DNA of 64,000 nt from Candidatus Hydrogenedentota bacterium (lineage in GTDB: Bacteria > Hydrogenedentota > Hydrogenedentia > Hydrogenedentales > SLHB01), in the NCBI GenBank assembly GCA_963674865.2, contig CAXXYE010000009.1, forward strand, positions 1,824,001 to 1,888,000, written 5' to 3'. The position numbers and the translations under genes are program-made. Shown piece after piece: positions 1-9,204 of the stretch. Below the pieces are notes generated by a model. The model was given only the letters and a program-made list of their open reading frames with translations, ran no database searches and was not told the DNA's origin. Position 1 is the first letter of the stretch. Each line of letters begins with the position of its first letter.

Positions 1-615
1 GCGGATGAGGGCCGCCGGTGGCTTCATCTCGGCGTGGCGTACAGCCGGCGCAATCCGGACGGCGCGGTCCTTGGATGGAAAGCGCGTCCCGAGGCGCATC
101 TGGCGAACCGCTACGTCAACACCGAGGGAATCGCAGGATACCGATTGGCGGACGCGCGGATGGACGACGTGGCCGAATGGGGCATGGAAGCGGCGCTGAC
201 GTGCGGGCCGTTCTCCGTGCAGGGCGAGTACATGCTTGCCGAGGTGGACACGGACTCAGCGGGCCGGCGGGCGTTCGACGGGTATTACGTCCAGGCCGGC
301 TACTTCCTGACGGGGGAATGCCGGCCGTACACGCCGGCGAGCGGCTTGGTGGGACGGGTGCGTCCGCGGCGGAACTTCTCGCTTGGCGAGGAGCGTGGCT
401 GGGGCGCTTGGGAGGTGGCCTTGCGCTATTCGGAGCTTGATCTGGATGACGGGCCCATCCGGGGGGGCGTCGAAGAGAACTACACGTTCGGCCTCAATTG
501 GTACCTCAATGCCAACACGCGGGTGATGTGGAACTACGTGCTGGCGAACATCGAGCATGACTTGTACGACGGGGACTTGCAAGTGTTTCAGACGCGGTTC
601 CAAGTGGATTTCTGA
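1..615 (+). CDS. Phosphate-selective porin OprO/OprP family, 5'-truncated by the window edge
   Basis: Frame is open from base 1 (ADEGRRWLHLGVAYS...). Motifs GYYVQAGYFLTGE, GAWEVALRYS and TFGLNWYLN; C-terminal Phe typical of outer-membrane beta-barrels. Confidence 0.85.
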   Translation, partial: ADEGRRWLHLGVAYSRRNPDGAVLGWKARPEAHLANRYVNTEGIAGYRLADARMDDVAEWGMEAALTCGPFSVQGEYMLAEVDTDSAGRRAFDGYYVQAGYFLTGECRPYTPASGLVGRVRPRRNFSLGEERGWGAWEVALRYSELDLDDGPIRGGVEENYTFGLNWYLNANTRVMWNYVLANIEHDLYDGDLQVFQTRFQVDF

Positions 616-651
616 TGGCAGTGGACAACGGAGAAGAGGAAAGAGAGAGAC

Positions 652-816
652 ATGCGGCATATTCTCATCGTATCTTGTAGGCGGGTGAGGCCGGCTGTGG
701 CGGCCGATCTGTTGGTGAAGGAACAGATGATCACGGTGATCGCTGAGGCCGTGGATATGCTGGACGCTGCGTGGGCATTGGCTGAGGAGATACTGGACAA
801 GAGCTGGGATTCGTAG
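652..816 (+). CDS. 54-aa small protein of the M[KR]H-leader family (copy 1)
   Basis: Hand translation MRHILIVSCRRVRPAVAADLLVKEQMITVIAEAVDMLDAAWALAEEILDKSWDS*. Purine-rich RBS (GAGGAAAGAGAG). Same architecture as 34008..34157 and 41283..41450. Confidence 0.65.
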   Translation: MRHILIVSCRRVRPAVAADLLVKEQMITVIAEAVDMLDAAWALAEEILDKSWDS

Positions 817-950
817 CGCGACAGAACGGGGGGCGACGGGGGAACGGGGGGCGGACGCGTCTGCGCTTCGCCTTGTTTGTTCCAAGTCAGTAACCACCAG
901 CGGCACTGGCGGCTTGAGCACGGGCCTCAGGAGGCGGCGCGGAGTGCCCC

Positions 951-983
951 TTTTGGGACGGGATTCGCAAGATTTACAGGATT
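951..983. repeat. Degenerate 9-mer tandem repeat (GACGGGATT CGCAAGATT TACAGGATT)
   Basis: Read directly. The same unit, also preceded by TTTTGG, occurs at 27793..27819. Confidence 0.6.
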
Positions 984-1080
984 GATGTCGAGAGTCGCGT
1001 GGATGTTGTGTTTCCTGGCCGTTTCTTGTCGTTGCGCAGCGCGGAGCCCGAGTGCGGCCCTTCCGGGAAGCGGGGGATCA

Positions 1081-1126
1081 CAGAATTCAGATCTGAGATT
1101 TCAGATTTCAGAACTCAGAACTGAGA
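1081..1126. repeat. Heptamer tandem repeat (SAGAWYT, about 6.5 units)
   Basis: CAGAATT CAGATCT GAGATTT CAGATTT CAGAACT CAGAACT GAGA. A shorter copy lies at 18635..18661. Confidence 0.75.
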
Positions 1127-1394
1127 GTGGGCCTAGGGCACGTCTGGGACAGGGGGTTGGGACGTGTACGTACTTGCGTGTTCATGCGGCCGCTGTCACG
1201 GGCGATGCTAGGTAGTCGCTTCCGCTCAGTGCGATTGACATGCTGCTCCAACCATTCAGCCGGATATTCACAAGCGTGGAAGCGACAACACCGGTGGCTT
1301 GAACAGGCGTAGCGTTCGGCTCTTCGATTCTTGCCTTGCGGTTGGAAGGGGGCTATTCTGTAACGGGCAAAGGCATACTGTGGGGCACACTGCA

Positions 1395-2471
1395 ATGAAA
1401 CGATGGAAAGTAGCGGGGATCAATTTCGATCATTTGCACATGGGCGACAACCTCCGCATGGCGTTCGAACATCCGGCGGTGGAGGTGGTGGGCGTTTGCC
1501 ACGAGAACCGGGAGCGGATGGAGGACACCATCTCGAAGTTCGGCATCCCGGGGGGGCGCGTGTTCAGGGATTACCGGGCGTGCCTCGAGGCAACGACGCC
1601 GGACATCGTCCTGTTGTGTCCCGCGACGGCGCGTCACGGTGAGTGGACGGAGAAGGTCGCGCCGTTCGGCGTACACGTCATTATGGAGAAGCCTTTCGCG
1701 GCGACGTTGGCGGAGGCGGACGCGATGATCGCCGCCATGGCGGGCACGGGGAAGCGGCTGGCCATCAACTGGCCGCTCGCGTGGTATCCGCCGCACCGCA
1801 CCACGAAGCGGCTGATCGATGAGGACGTCATCGGGGAGGTCTTGGAGGTCCATTACTACGATGGGAACCGGGGGCCGTTGTTTCACGTGGCGGACAAGGA
1901 TGACACGACGGCGGAGTATCGCGCGCGGGAGAAGTCCAAGAGCTGGTTCTATCAGAAGGCCAAGGGGGGCGGCTCGCTTCTGGATTACCTGGGCTACGGG
2001 ACGACGTTGGGCACGTGGTATCAGGGGGGGCGCGCGCCGCTCGAAGTGACGACGGTGGTGGATGAGCCGGCGGGCCTCGAAGTGGACGAACACAGCGTGA
2101 CGGTGGCGCGCTATGCGCACGGGCTGTCGAAGTTCGAGACGCGGTGGGGGACGTTTACCGATCCTTGGACGCACCAGCCGCAGCCGAAATGCGGTTTCGT
2201 CGTCAAAGGAACGGACGGCACGATCAGCAGCTACGATTACGAGAAAACCATCCGCGTTCAGACGCGGGCGTGTCCGGAAGGGGAGGATCTGCCGGTCGAT
2301 GCGTTGGCGCCGCCGATGCAGAATCCGGTTCAGTATGTGATTCACTGCATCGAGAACGACCTGGCCGTCGAGGGGCCGCTTTCGCCGGCTATTTGCCGCA
2401 TCGGGCAGCAGATCGTCGATACGGCGGCTCGCAGCGCGCAGGAGAAGCGGACGGTTGCGCTGATCGATTGA
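1395..2471 (+). CDS. Gfo/Idh/MocA family oxidoreductase
   Basis: EKP motif (VIMEKPFA), GGGSLLDYLGYG, N-terminal Rossmann-like region. Start moved to ATG 1395 (MKRWKVAG). Confidence 0.85.
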   Translation: MKRWKVAGINFDHLHMGDNLRMAFEHPAVEVVGVCHENRERMEDTISKFGIPGGRVFRDYRACLEATTPDIVLLCPATARHGEWTEKVAPFGVHVIMEKPFAATLAEADAMIAAMAGTGKRLAINWPLAWYPPHRTTKRLIDEDVIGEVLEVHYYDGNRGPLFHVADKDDTTAEYRAREKSKSWFYQKAKGGGSLLDYLGYGTTLGTWYQGGRAPLEVTTVVDEPAGLEVDEHSVTVARYAHGLSKFETRWGTFTDPWTHQPQPKCGFVVKGTDGTISSYDYEKTIRVQTRACPEGEDLPVDALAPPMQNPVQYVIHCIENDLAVEGPLSPAICRIGQQIVDTAARSAQEKRTVALID

Positions 2472-2495
2472 GGCAGCCGAAAGGAAGACGAGGGC

Positions 2496-3608
2496 ATGAG
2501 CGAAGATCGGGAGTGTCGGGGCAGCGGTGAGGCGCAGCGTGAGACACAGGCGCCGGAGCTTTCGTACTTGCCCCGGGAGCCGCGGGCGTATTCGCCGGGC
2601 ATCGGCCTCATTGGCTGCGGCGGCATCGCGCCCTATCACCTTGGCGCCTATGCGGCTGCGGGATACCGCGTGACGGCGCTGTGCGACGTCGATGAGGCAC
2701 GCGCCACGAAACTGCGGGATGAACATTTCCCGGGCGCGGCGGTCTCTACGGATTACCGGACGGTGCTCGATAGGGATGATATCGAGGTGGCGGATATTGC
2801 GGTGCATCCGGAGCATCGGACGCCGATCACCGAGGCGGCGTTCAAAGCCGGGAAGCACGTGTTGAGCCAGAAGCCGTTCGTGGTGGACCTCGATGAGGGA
2901 GAGGCGCTGGTGGCGCTGGCCGAGCGGCTGGGGCGGAAGCTGGCGGTGAACCAGAACGGGCGCTGGGCGCCGCACTTCAGTTACATGCGCGAGGCCGTTC
3001 GGAGGGGCGTTGTCGGCGAGGTGTGCGCGGCGCACCTATCGACGCATTGGAGCCATGATTGGACGGCAGACACGCCTTTCAACGAGGTAAGACATCTTAT
3101 CCTCTACGATTTCGGGATTCACTGGTTCGATATCCTGGGGTGCTTCTTCGCGGGCCGGCCGGCCAAACGCGTGCGCGCGACGACGGCCCATGCGCCGGGC
3201 CAACGCGCGAAGCCGGACATGCTGGCCCAGGCGACAGTCGAGTACGAGAGCGGCCAGGCGTCGCTGGTTTTCGACGGCTTCACTACGTTCGGGGCGTGCG
3301 CGCGGGGGATCATTGTGGGGACGGAAGGCACCATCGCCTGCGAGGGGCCGAACATCAACGAGCAGCAGGTGACGCTGTGGACGGCGGAGGGCTATGCGAG
3401 GCCGGCACTCGATGGCTCCTGGTTTACTACCGGCTTCCACGGGACGATGGCGGAGCTGTTGTGCGCCATCGAGGAGGAGCGTGAGCCCTTCAACGGCGCG
3501 CGGGAAAACCTCAATAGTCTGGCGTTGTGCTTCGCCGCGGCGGCGAGCGCCGACACCGGGGAGCCTGAGGTCCCCGGCGCCGTACGCCGAATGCCGGGCA
3601 CGGAGTAG
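2496..3608 (+). CDS. Gfo/Idh/MocA family oxidoreductase
   Basis: IGLIGCGGIA, GKHVLSQKP, DFGIHWFD motifs. Confidence 0.85.
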   Translation: MSEDRECRGSGEAQRETQAPELSYLPREPRAYSPGIGLIGCGGIAPYHLGAYAAAGYRVTALCDVDEARATKLRDEHFPGAAVSTDYRTVLDRDDIEVADIAVHPEHRTPITEAAFKAGKHVLSQKPFVVDLDEGEALVALAERLGRKLAVNQNGRWAPHFSYMREAVRRGVVGEVCAAHLSTHWSHDWTADTPFNEVRHLILYDFGIHWFDILGCFFAGRPAKRVRATTAHAPGQRAKPDMLAQATVEYESGQASLVFDGFTTFGACARGIIVGTEGTIACEGPNINEQQVTLWTAEGYARPALDGSWFTTGFHGTMAELLCAIEEEREPFNGARENLNSLALCFAAAASADTGEPEVPGAVRRMPGTE

Positions 3609-3639
3609 TCCGCGCCGTTACTGCTCGTGGATAGGCCGA

Positions 3640-4338
3640 CTACTGGGCGTCGAGCCAGTTCTGCCAGCCCTTCTTCATGTCCGCGATGGGGTCCTCGGGA
3701 CTGAGTTCGTATTCCATAACGAGGGGGCCGGCGAAGCCGATGTCATTCAGGGCGTGGGCGACGGCCGCGAGATCGATGTCGCCTTCGCCGAGGATCTGCT
3801 CTTCGCCGCCTTGCACCCAGTCCTTGAGATGGACGGAGATGACGCGGCTGCCCAACTGCTCGATGATCTCGTCGGGCGCTTCGCCGGAGCGGATGGCGTG
3901 GCCGGTGTCGACGCAGGCGCCGATGAGGGGGGTGCGGCCTTCTACGGCGTCGAGGGTGTCGGCGACCTTGTCGTACCGCGCGCCGGGGCCGTGGTTGTGG
4001 ATGGCGATCTTGACGCCGAATTCCTCGCAGAGTCCTTCGAGGTCGTCGAACGCCTCGGGGGCCGGGTCGGCGCTGAGGATCTCGACGCCGAGGGCCTTGG
4101 CGAACTCGAATTTCTTGCGGTTGGCCGCGGCATCGGCGCCGAAACCTTCGACGCCGAAGCAGGGGACGCTAATCCCGGCGGCTTCGATGGTTTGCTTGAC
4201 GTGGGCGAAGCCTTCATGGGCGGCGTCGGGCGGAAAGTGCACGGCGCAGAACTCCATCGTGTTGAGGCCCACGTCTTTGAGGCATTGGATCGAATCCTCG
4301 AAGCTGAATTTCCTGAAGCTGAAGCTTTGGGCGCCCAT
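3640..4338 (-). CDS. Sugar-phosphate isomerase/epimerase (xylose-isomerase-like TIM barrel)
   Basis: IAIHNHG, DTGH, VHLKD, GEGDID and EYE motifs. GGAGG RBS before ATG 4338. Confidence 0.85.
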   Translation of the reverse strand: MGAQSFSFRKFSFEDSIQCLKDVGLNTMEFCAVHFPPDAAHEGFAHVKQTIEAAGISVPCFGVEGFGADAAANRKKFEFAKALGVEILSADPAPEAFDDLEGLCEEFGVKIAIHNHGPGARYDKVADTLDAVEGRTPLIGACVDTGHAIRSGEAPDEIIEQLGSRVISVHLKDWVQGGEEQILGEGDIDLAAVAHALNDIGFAGPLVMEYELSPEDPIADMKKGWQNWLDAQ

Positions 4339-4375
4339 CAAACATCCTCCATTCATGATTTGCTCTTGTATTGAC

Positions 4376-5308
4376 TCAGCAGCTTGCGCCGCCTTCCTCG
4401 GCAGGTTCTATATGGACGAGCACGTCGCGTATCCGGGGATTCGCGCGGCAAATGGCGTTCTTCACTTCGTGGGCGACCTCGTGGCCTCTCCGGACGGACA
4501 TGGCGCCGTCGACGTGGACGTGGAGATCGACGAAGTAGTCGAATCCCATCTTGCGCACCGCGCAGGTGTGGAGGTCCGTGACGCCGGAAACGCCCGCGGC
4601 GATGGTGCGGACGGACTCGCAGATGGCTGGGTCGGGGGCCTGGTCCATCACCTCGGCGATGGCGGGTCTGAGCAGGCGGTAGCCGTTGAATCCGATGATG
4701 CCGCAGGCGGCCAAGGCGGCCCAGTCGTCGGCGGACTCATAGCCTTCTCCTCCGACAACCGCGATACTAATTCCGATGAAGGCCGCGAGCGAAGTGATAG
4801 CGTCGCTTCGGTGATGCCAGGCGTCCGTCTTGACGGCTGTGCTCTGCACATCGCGGCCTACCTTGATCACGAAGCGAAAGAGAGTCTCTTTCACGAGGAT
4901 GACGCCCACCAGGACGATCAGCGTGAATGGGGCCGGGGCGTAGTGGGGGGCGAGAATCTCGCGCACACTCTGGATAGCGAGGCCCACCGCCACGGCGATT
5001 AGGCCCATCGCCACGACGACGGCGGCCAGCGGCTCGGCCTTGCCGTGGCCGTAGGGGTGGGTGTCGTCGGGCGGCACGGATGCGATCCGAATGCCGCCCA
5101 GGACGACAAGGGACTGCATGATGTCCATGAGCGATTCGGTGGCGTCGGCAATAAGGGCGTAGGAGTGTCCGAGCAGGCCGGCCAAGCCCTTGATGGCGGC
5201 GAGGGACGCGTTGACGACGACGCCCACGAGGGTCGTCTTGACGGCGTGTGCTGCCGCATCGGCCGCGGTGGCCGTAGGTTGCTTCTGATGGCTGGTGGCG
5301 GTGTCCAC
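4376..5308 (-). CDS. Cation diffusion facilitator (FieF-like) transporter
   Basis: S.ALIADA.ES..D, HPYGHGKAE and DAWHHRSD motifs; C-terminal dimerisation domain (VLVHIEP). Confidence 0.9.
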   Translation of the reverse strand: MDTATSHQKQPTATAADAAAHAVKTTLVGVVVNASLAAIKGLAGLLGHSYALIADATESLMDIMQSLVVLGGIRIASVPPDDTHPYGHGKAEPLAAVVVAMGLIAVAVGLAIQSVREILAPHYAPAPFTLIVLVGVILVKETLFRFVIKVGRDVQSTAVKTDAWHHRSDAITSLAAFIGISIAVVGGEGYESADDWAALAACGIIGFNGYRLLRPAIAEVMDQAPDPAICESVRTIAAGVSGVTDLHTCAVRKMGFDYFVDLHVHVDGAMSVRRGHEVAHEVKNAICRANPRIRDVLVHIEPAEEGGASC

Positions 5309-5420
5309 GTGTCTGTTCCGAGAAGGTCGGTGTATCCGGGCAATTGTCTTTGTGGCTACGAAGGATAGCAGAACGGCTTGGCTCTTTCACCAAGGCCGAC
5401 TGCGAGGACACCGGCCAGGA

Positions 5421-7022
5421 TCACTGGCGGGAGGCCATGAAGGCGTTCCAGAGGTCCTCGCGGATGTACATGAGGAGGAGCACGTTGGGCCGCAGGCCGT
5501 GGTACTCCATCTGGTAGGAGTCGTGGAGCGCTTTCTCGAGCGCAGCGCCAAACTGGGGCGCGGCGATCACCATGTCCGCATCCGGGTTCTCGGGCACTTC
5601 GCTCCAATAGCCGACGCGTGTGAAACGCCGGAGATACCACGGCACGGGCCAGTAGTCCTCGGCCGGCGCGATGACTTTGATGAGCATATCGTGGCCTTCG
5701 GGAGCAGCCTCGGCGATGTCTTCCGCGCGTTCGGCCAGCCGGAGAATGCCTTTGACAGAGTGGGCGTAGACGTAGGGATTGCGGATGTCAGCGCAGTAGC
5801 GGGTGTTCGCGCGATACGCCTCGACGCCCAAGTGGGCCGCGCCCAGGGCCAGTAATAGGCAGGCGGCCGCCCTCGGTGCGTAGCGTAGGGCGCCCGCGTT
5901 GGCGCGCGGACGTGTGGCCCTCAGCAGGATCCACGCGCCGTAGCCTGCCAGCAGGATCATCCCGTGGAAGAAGCTCAACATGGACCACGGCGTTTTGTAC
6001 GGGATGGCCGCGTAGATCGCCGTCATGGCGATGGTATAGAAGGTGAGGAAGCGCGGCAGTGTGCGGTCTTCGTCCGTCCCGCATTTCTTGAGCAGCGCGG
6101 CCACCATGCCGACGAGGGCCAGCGCAATGATGAAGCCTTCACTCCACCAGGGGCCGGGGCCTCGCTTCGTGAAGAGTACAAGGTGAAGGTAGTAATACCA
6201 CGGATGATCGTGGATGCTGCCTCCGAGGGCGCGCTGCGGGTGGTAGACGTAGGCCTTGAGCGAGTGGGCCAGTCCTTCGGGGTGGGTGAGGAATGAGGTG
6301 AGGAAGAGGGCCGCCACCAACAGGCCCGCCAGGGCGCCCAGCGCGATGTGCCAGGGGCATATGGGCCGCCGGTTCTCTTCGCCCGAGGGCTTGCCGGCCC
6401 GTCTGCCGTACCATGTCGTGAGGCCGATGCCAATGAGCGTGGCGGCGAAGGCGATGACGGAAGTCTCCTTGGTGGCGTGCATCAGCCCGGCGAAGACGCC
6501 GGCCAGGATGGCCCACGCCAGGCGTCGGGTTCGGGCATAGCGCCAGCCCGCGGCCAGGAGGCCCAGCGTGAAGAAAACCAGGAGCATCTCCTGGATGTAG
6601 TAGCGGCTGTAGAACACCATGATCGGGGAGATCGCGGTGAGCACGGCAGCCAAGGCCGCCGCGGGCCGTCCCAAGCCGTCGCCGAGCAGGCCAATGAGCA
6701 GGATGAGTACTGCGCCGAAAACCACCGGTACGATGCGGAAGGTGGTTTCCGTCGTGTCGGCGAAACGCGAGGCGCCGCTCAGCCAGACGGCCGGGAGGGT
6801 AAGGTAGTATAGCGTCGGCCCGTGATATTCGTAGGGGTCGTAGACGTAATCATGCGTGTCGATGAGGATGCCGGTCTTGTAGGCTTGAACGGCCTCGTCG
6901 GTGTGCATGGGGCGCAAATGCAACTGTGGCAGCCGACAGGCTAACGCCCCGGCTGCCACTAGCAGGATCGCGATCCAGAAAATCTGTTTCGGCGGCGAAT
7001 ACACCTTAGCGGTATGAGTCAC
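5421..7022 (-). CDS. GT-C superfamily (PMT_2 / TIGR03663, Agl23-like) membrane glycosyltransferase
   Basis: RPMHTDEA, YDP.EYHGPTLYY, YSRYYIQE, TKET and YKTPW motifs; many TM segments. Confidence 0.75.
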   Translation of the reverse strand: MTHTAKVYSPPKQIFWIAILLVAAGALACRLPQLHLRPMHTDEAVQAYKTGILIDTHDYVYDPYEYHGPTLYYLTLPAVWLSGASRFADTTETTFRIVPVVFGAVLILLIGLLGDGLGRPAAALAAVLTAISPIMVFYSRYYIQEMLLVFFTLGLLAAGWRYARTRRLAWAILAGVFAGLMHATKETSVIAFAATLIGIGLTTWYGRRAGKPSGEENRRPICPWHIALGALAGLLVAALFLTSFLTHPEGLAHSLKAYVYHPQRALGGSIHDHPWYYYLHLVLFTKRGPGPWWSEGFIIALALVGMVAALLKKCGTDEDRTLPRFLTFYTIAMTAIYAAIPYKTPWSMLSFFHGMILLAGYGAWILLRATRPRANAGALRYAPRAAACLLLALGAAHLGVEAYRANTRYCADIRNPYVYAHSVKGILRLAERAEDIAEAAPEGHDMLIKVIAPAEDYWPVPWYLRRFTRVGYWSEVPENPDADMVIAAPQFGAALEKALHDSYQMEYHGLRPNVLLLMYIREDLWNAFMASRQ

Positions 7023-7023
7023 A

Positions 7024-7175
7024 CTGATGGCGTCTTATCTTTTGCCGCGAAAAGCAGGGACAGACACGTCTTCGTCCGCCTGAGGCGGACTCCGCTTGCA
7101 TCAGTTGCTGTTTTTCGCCTCTTCTTGGTGTTTCTGCATCTGCAGATAAGTGACTTCAATTAGGAGTCAGAACAC
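7024..7175. repeat. ~150-bp dispersed palindromic repeat (REP-like family R), uninterrupted copy
   Basis: CTGATGGCGTC...GGGACAGACACGTCTTCGTCCGCCTGAGGCGGAC...GAGTCAGAACAC. Homologous to 18453..18614, 9233..9505 and 29307..29680. Confidence 0.85.
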
Positions 7176-7192
7176 GAGTATAGGACGCCGGA

Positions 7193-7900
7193 CTAACCGA
7201 CCGGCCGGCCAAAGATCTCCACTTCGATGTAGTGGTTCAAGTCGTCCGTGCTGTTGCCGTTGGTATACATCCGGACGTAGCGCGCCTTCTGCCCTTTGGC
7301 GTCAAACAGGCGGCCTTCGTATTTGTCCACGTACTCTTTATCCTTCCCGACGCCGAGCTTGGCGGAGTTGTCCTGATCGTTGTTGAAGATGGTGCGCACA
7401 TTCTTGGTGAACTCGGCATCGTCCGCCAACTGCACGATGACGTCGTGATACACGCGGTCGTAGGCGAAAAAGTGCCAGATGAGAATAGCAAAAAGCTCTT
7501 GGGGCGCGCCGAGATCGATTTGAACGTACTGCGGGCCGCCGCGCAGTTCGACAATGTTATCTTCCTCGGCTTCTTTTTTGCCGTCGGTGATCATCTCGAG
7601 CTTGCCCATGTAGGGCTTCTTCTTATCGCTGCTCGTCACCGGCTTGCCCGCCGCGACGTTTTTCAGGCCCTTGGGGGCCATGAAGGGCGGGCGATCCTTG
7701 AAGGTGATCTCGAGAATGGGGGATTCATAGGTGAGGGGCGTGCCGCTGAACGTCGGCTGCGGTAACTCGAGCTTCAACGGTTCCATATCCGAGCCGCCGG
7801 GCTGGGGCGCCGGGTCTTCGGCGTACAGGGGCAAGGCGATAGACAAGACGAGTAGCGCAACGGCGGCTACCTGGGAGATTCGGACGGCGTACGACGGCAT
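7193..7900 (-). CDS. Secreted discoidin (F5/8 type C)-like domain protein
   Basis: Sec-type signal peptide; NVAAGKPVTSS, ITDG, VQIDLG, ARYVR and EVEIFG motifs. Confidence 0.7.
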   Translation of the reverse strand: MPSYAVRISQVAAVALLVLSIALPLYAEDPAPQPGGSDMEPLKLELPQPTFSGTPLTYESPILEITFKDRPPFMAPKGLKNVAAGKPVTSSDKKKPYMGKLEMITDGKKEAEEDNIVELRGGPQYVQIDLGAPQELFAILIWHFFAYDRVYHDVIVQLADDAEFTKNVRTIFNNDQDNSAKLGVGKDKEYVDKYEGRLFDAKGQKARYVRMYTNGNSTDDLNHYIEVEIFGRPVG

Positions 7901-8115
7901 TTCAACCTCCTCGACACCAGGGACTGCATCGCACGCGGCACTACCGGGCTGCGCCTCCCTGGAATGTAGTTGCAGACAGAAAAGAACGGCTTTTCCCGGA
8001 GCATTTACACGTGTAAGTATCGCGTTCCAGGGGCGGAGAAGTCAAATCGACTCAATCCGAAGTGGGCGTGCCATCGAAGCGGGGACGGACGTATTCTCGG
8101 ATGCCGCCGGGGACG

Positions 8116-9132
8116 TTACTCGCGCAGGAGGACGTCGCAGGCGAGTTGGAGGGTTTTGAGGAGTTTTCGCAGCAGGCCGCTTTTTCGGGCGAGGTTGCGG
8201 CCGCCGACAATGAGTTTGCGCTGGAGTTGGTAGCGTGTGAAACGCCGGCGCGCGGGCTTGACGGGCTTTCCCTCGGCCTCTTGGAGGGGACGCCAGAGGG
8301 TGTCGAGCGGATAGCCCAGGGTGGCGAGGTCGGCGGCGTCCAATTGGCCGATGATGGTTTCCATGAGCGTGCGTTTCGCGGGGTCGCCGGCCAGGTCGGC
8401 GGCCCATTTCTTGACGGAGCCGGTGGAGGGGCGGGAGTGCTTCTTGACGCCGATGGGGTCGCCCAGTCCCTTTCGCCCGGCTTCGCCGTCGCCGCCCGTG
8501 CCGTAGTCGATAGTCTCCTTTTCAAAGGGGACGCCGATATATTCGTAGATGCGCCCCACCCAGTCTTCCGGGGCCTTCACCAAGTCCTCGTAGCGCACGT
8601 GGATGAAGGGCACTTCCTCCTGTCTGAGAAATGCGGCGATGGCGGGCACATAGCGGTTTAGCAGGGGGTTGTGGCCCTGCGCGGCCTGGTAATCGCCGTT
8701 GAAGAAGGAGTTGGCGTAGGAGGAGAAGGTTGCTATGGGATGGCGCGTCAGCACGATGTACTTGGCGTCGGGGAAAACCTTCATCATGAAGGGCAAGATG
8801 AGGGCGTAGGCCGGGGTCTTGTCGAGGCAGACGGTCTTGTCGGTTGTGCCGAGGTAACGGCCGTAGAGCACGTCGCAATAGGCGCGGCAGGCGTCCCAGT
8901 AGTCGCGGTCCTTGGCCGGGAGCTGCTCGACGAAGAGGCGTTGGGATTCCGCCGCGAGGATGTGGTCGTAGGGTGCCTTGTCGACTTTGTCCCAGAATCC
9001 GAGGTGGGCCAAGGGGGTGAGGATGTGGGGCTCGGGGCCGCCGAGGATCTTCGAGTGCGACTCGAGTATTCTTTCAAGCATCGTGCTGCCCGAACGCGGC
9101 GAGCTTATGACAAACAACATCTGCGGATTCAT
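8116..9132 (-). CDS. PAPS-dependent sulfotransferase (Sulfotransfer_3-like)
   Basis: 5'-PSB loop SSPRSGSTML, DKTP, LTRHP and RYEDLV motifs; no signal peptide. Start set at MNPQMLFV. Confidence 0.85.
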   Translation of the reverse strand: MNPQMLFVISSPRSGSTMLERILESHSKILGGPEPHILTPLAHLGFWDKVDKAPYDHILAAESQRLFVEQLPAKDRDYWDACRAYCDVLYGRYLGTTDKTVCLDKTPAYALILPFMMKVFPDAKYIVLTRHPIATFSSYANSFFNGDYQAAQGHNPLLNRYVPAIAAFLRQEEVPFIHVRYEDLVKAPEDWVGRIYEYIGVPFEKETIDYGTGGDGEAGRKGLGDPIGVKKHSRPSTGSVKKWAADLAGDPAKRTLMETIIGQLDAADLATLGYPLDTLWRPLQEAEGKPVKPARRRFTRYQLQRKLIVGGRNLARKSGLLRKLLKTLQLACDVLLRE

Positions 9133-9204
9133 GTGATTGGTATCCTTCAGGCCATCCCACAACGCCGCGCGTAGTCTAGTCGGACGGCGCCGCCCCGGTC
9201 AATC

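Noticed and set aside
1353..3035. Long antisense or alternative-frame ORFs (for example 1353..3035, 3677..5002, 13932..15212, 30866..32104, 39501..40991)
   Set aside because: Shadow ORFs of GC-rich genes; Arg/Pro/Ala-rich, without family motifs, and overlapping well-supported CDSs.
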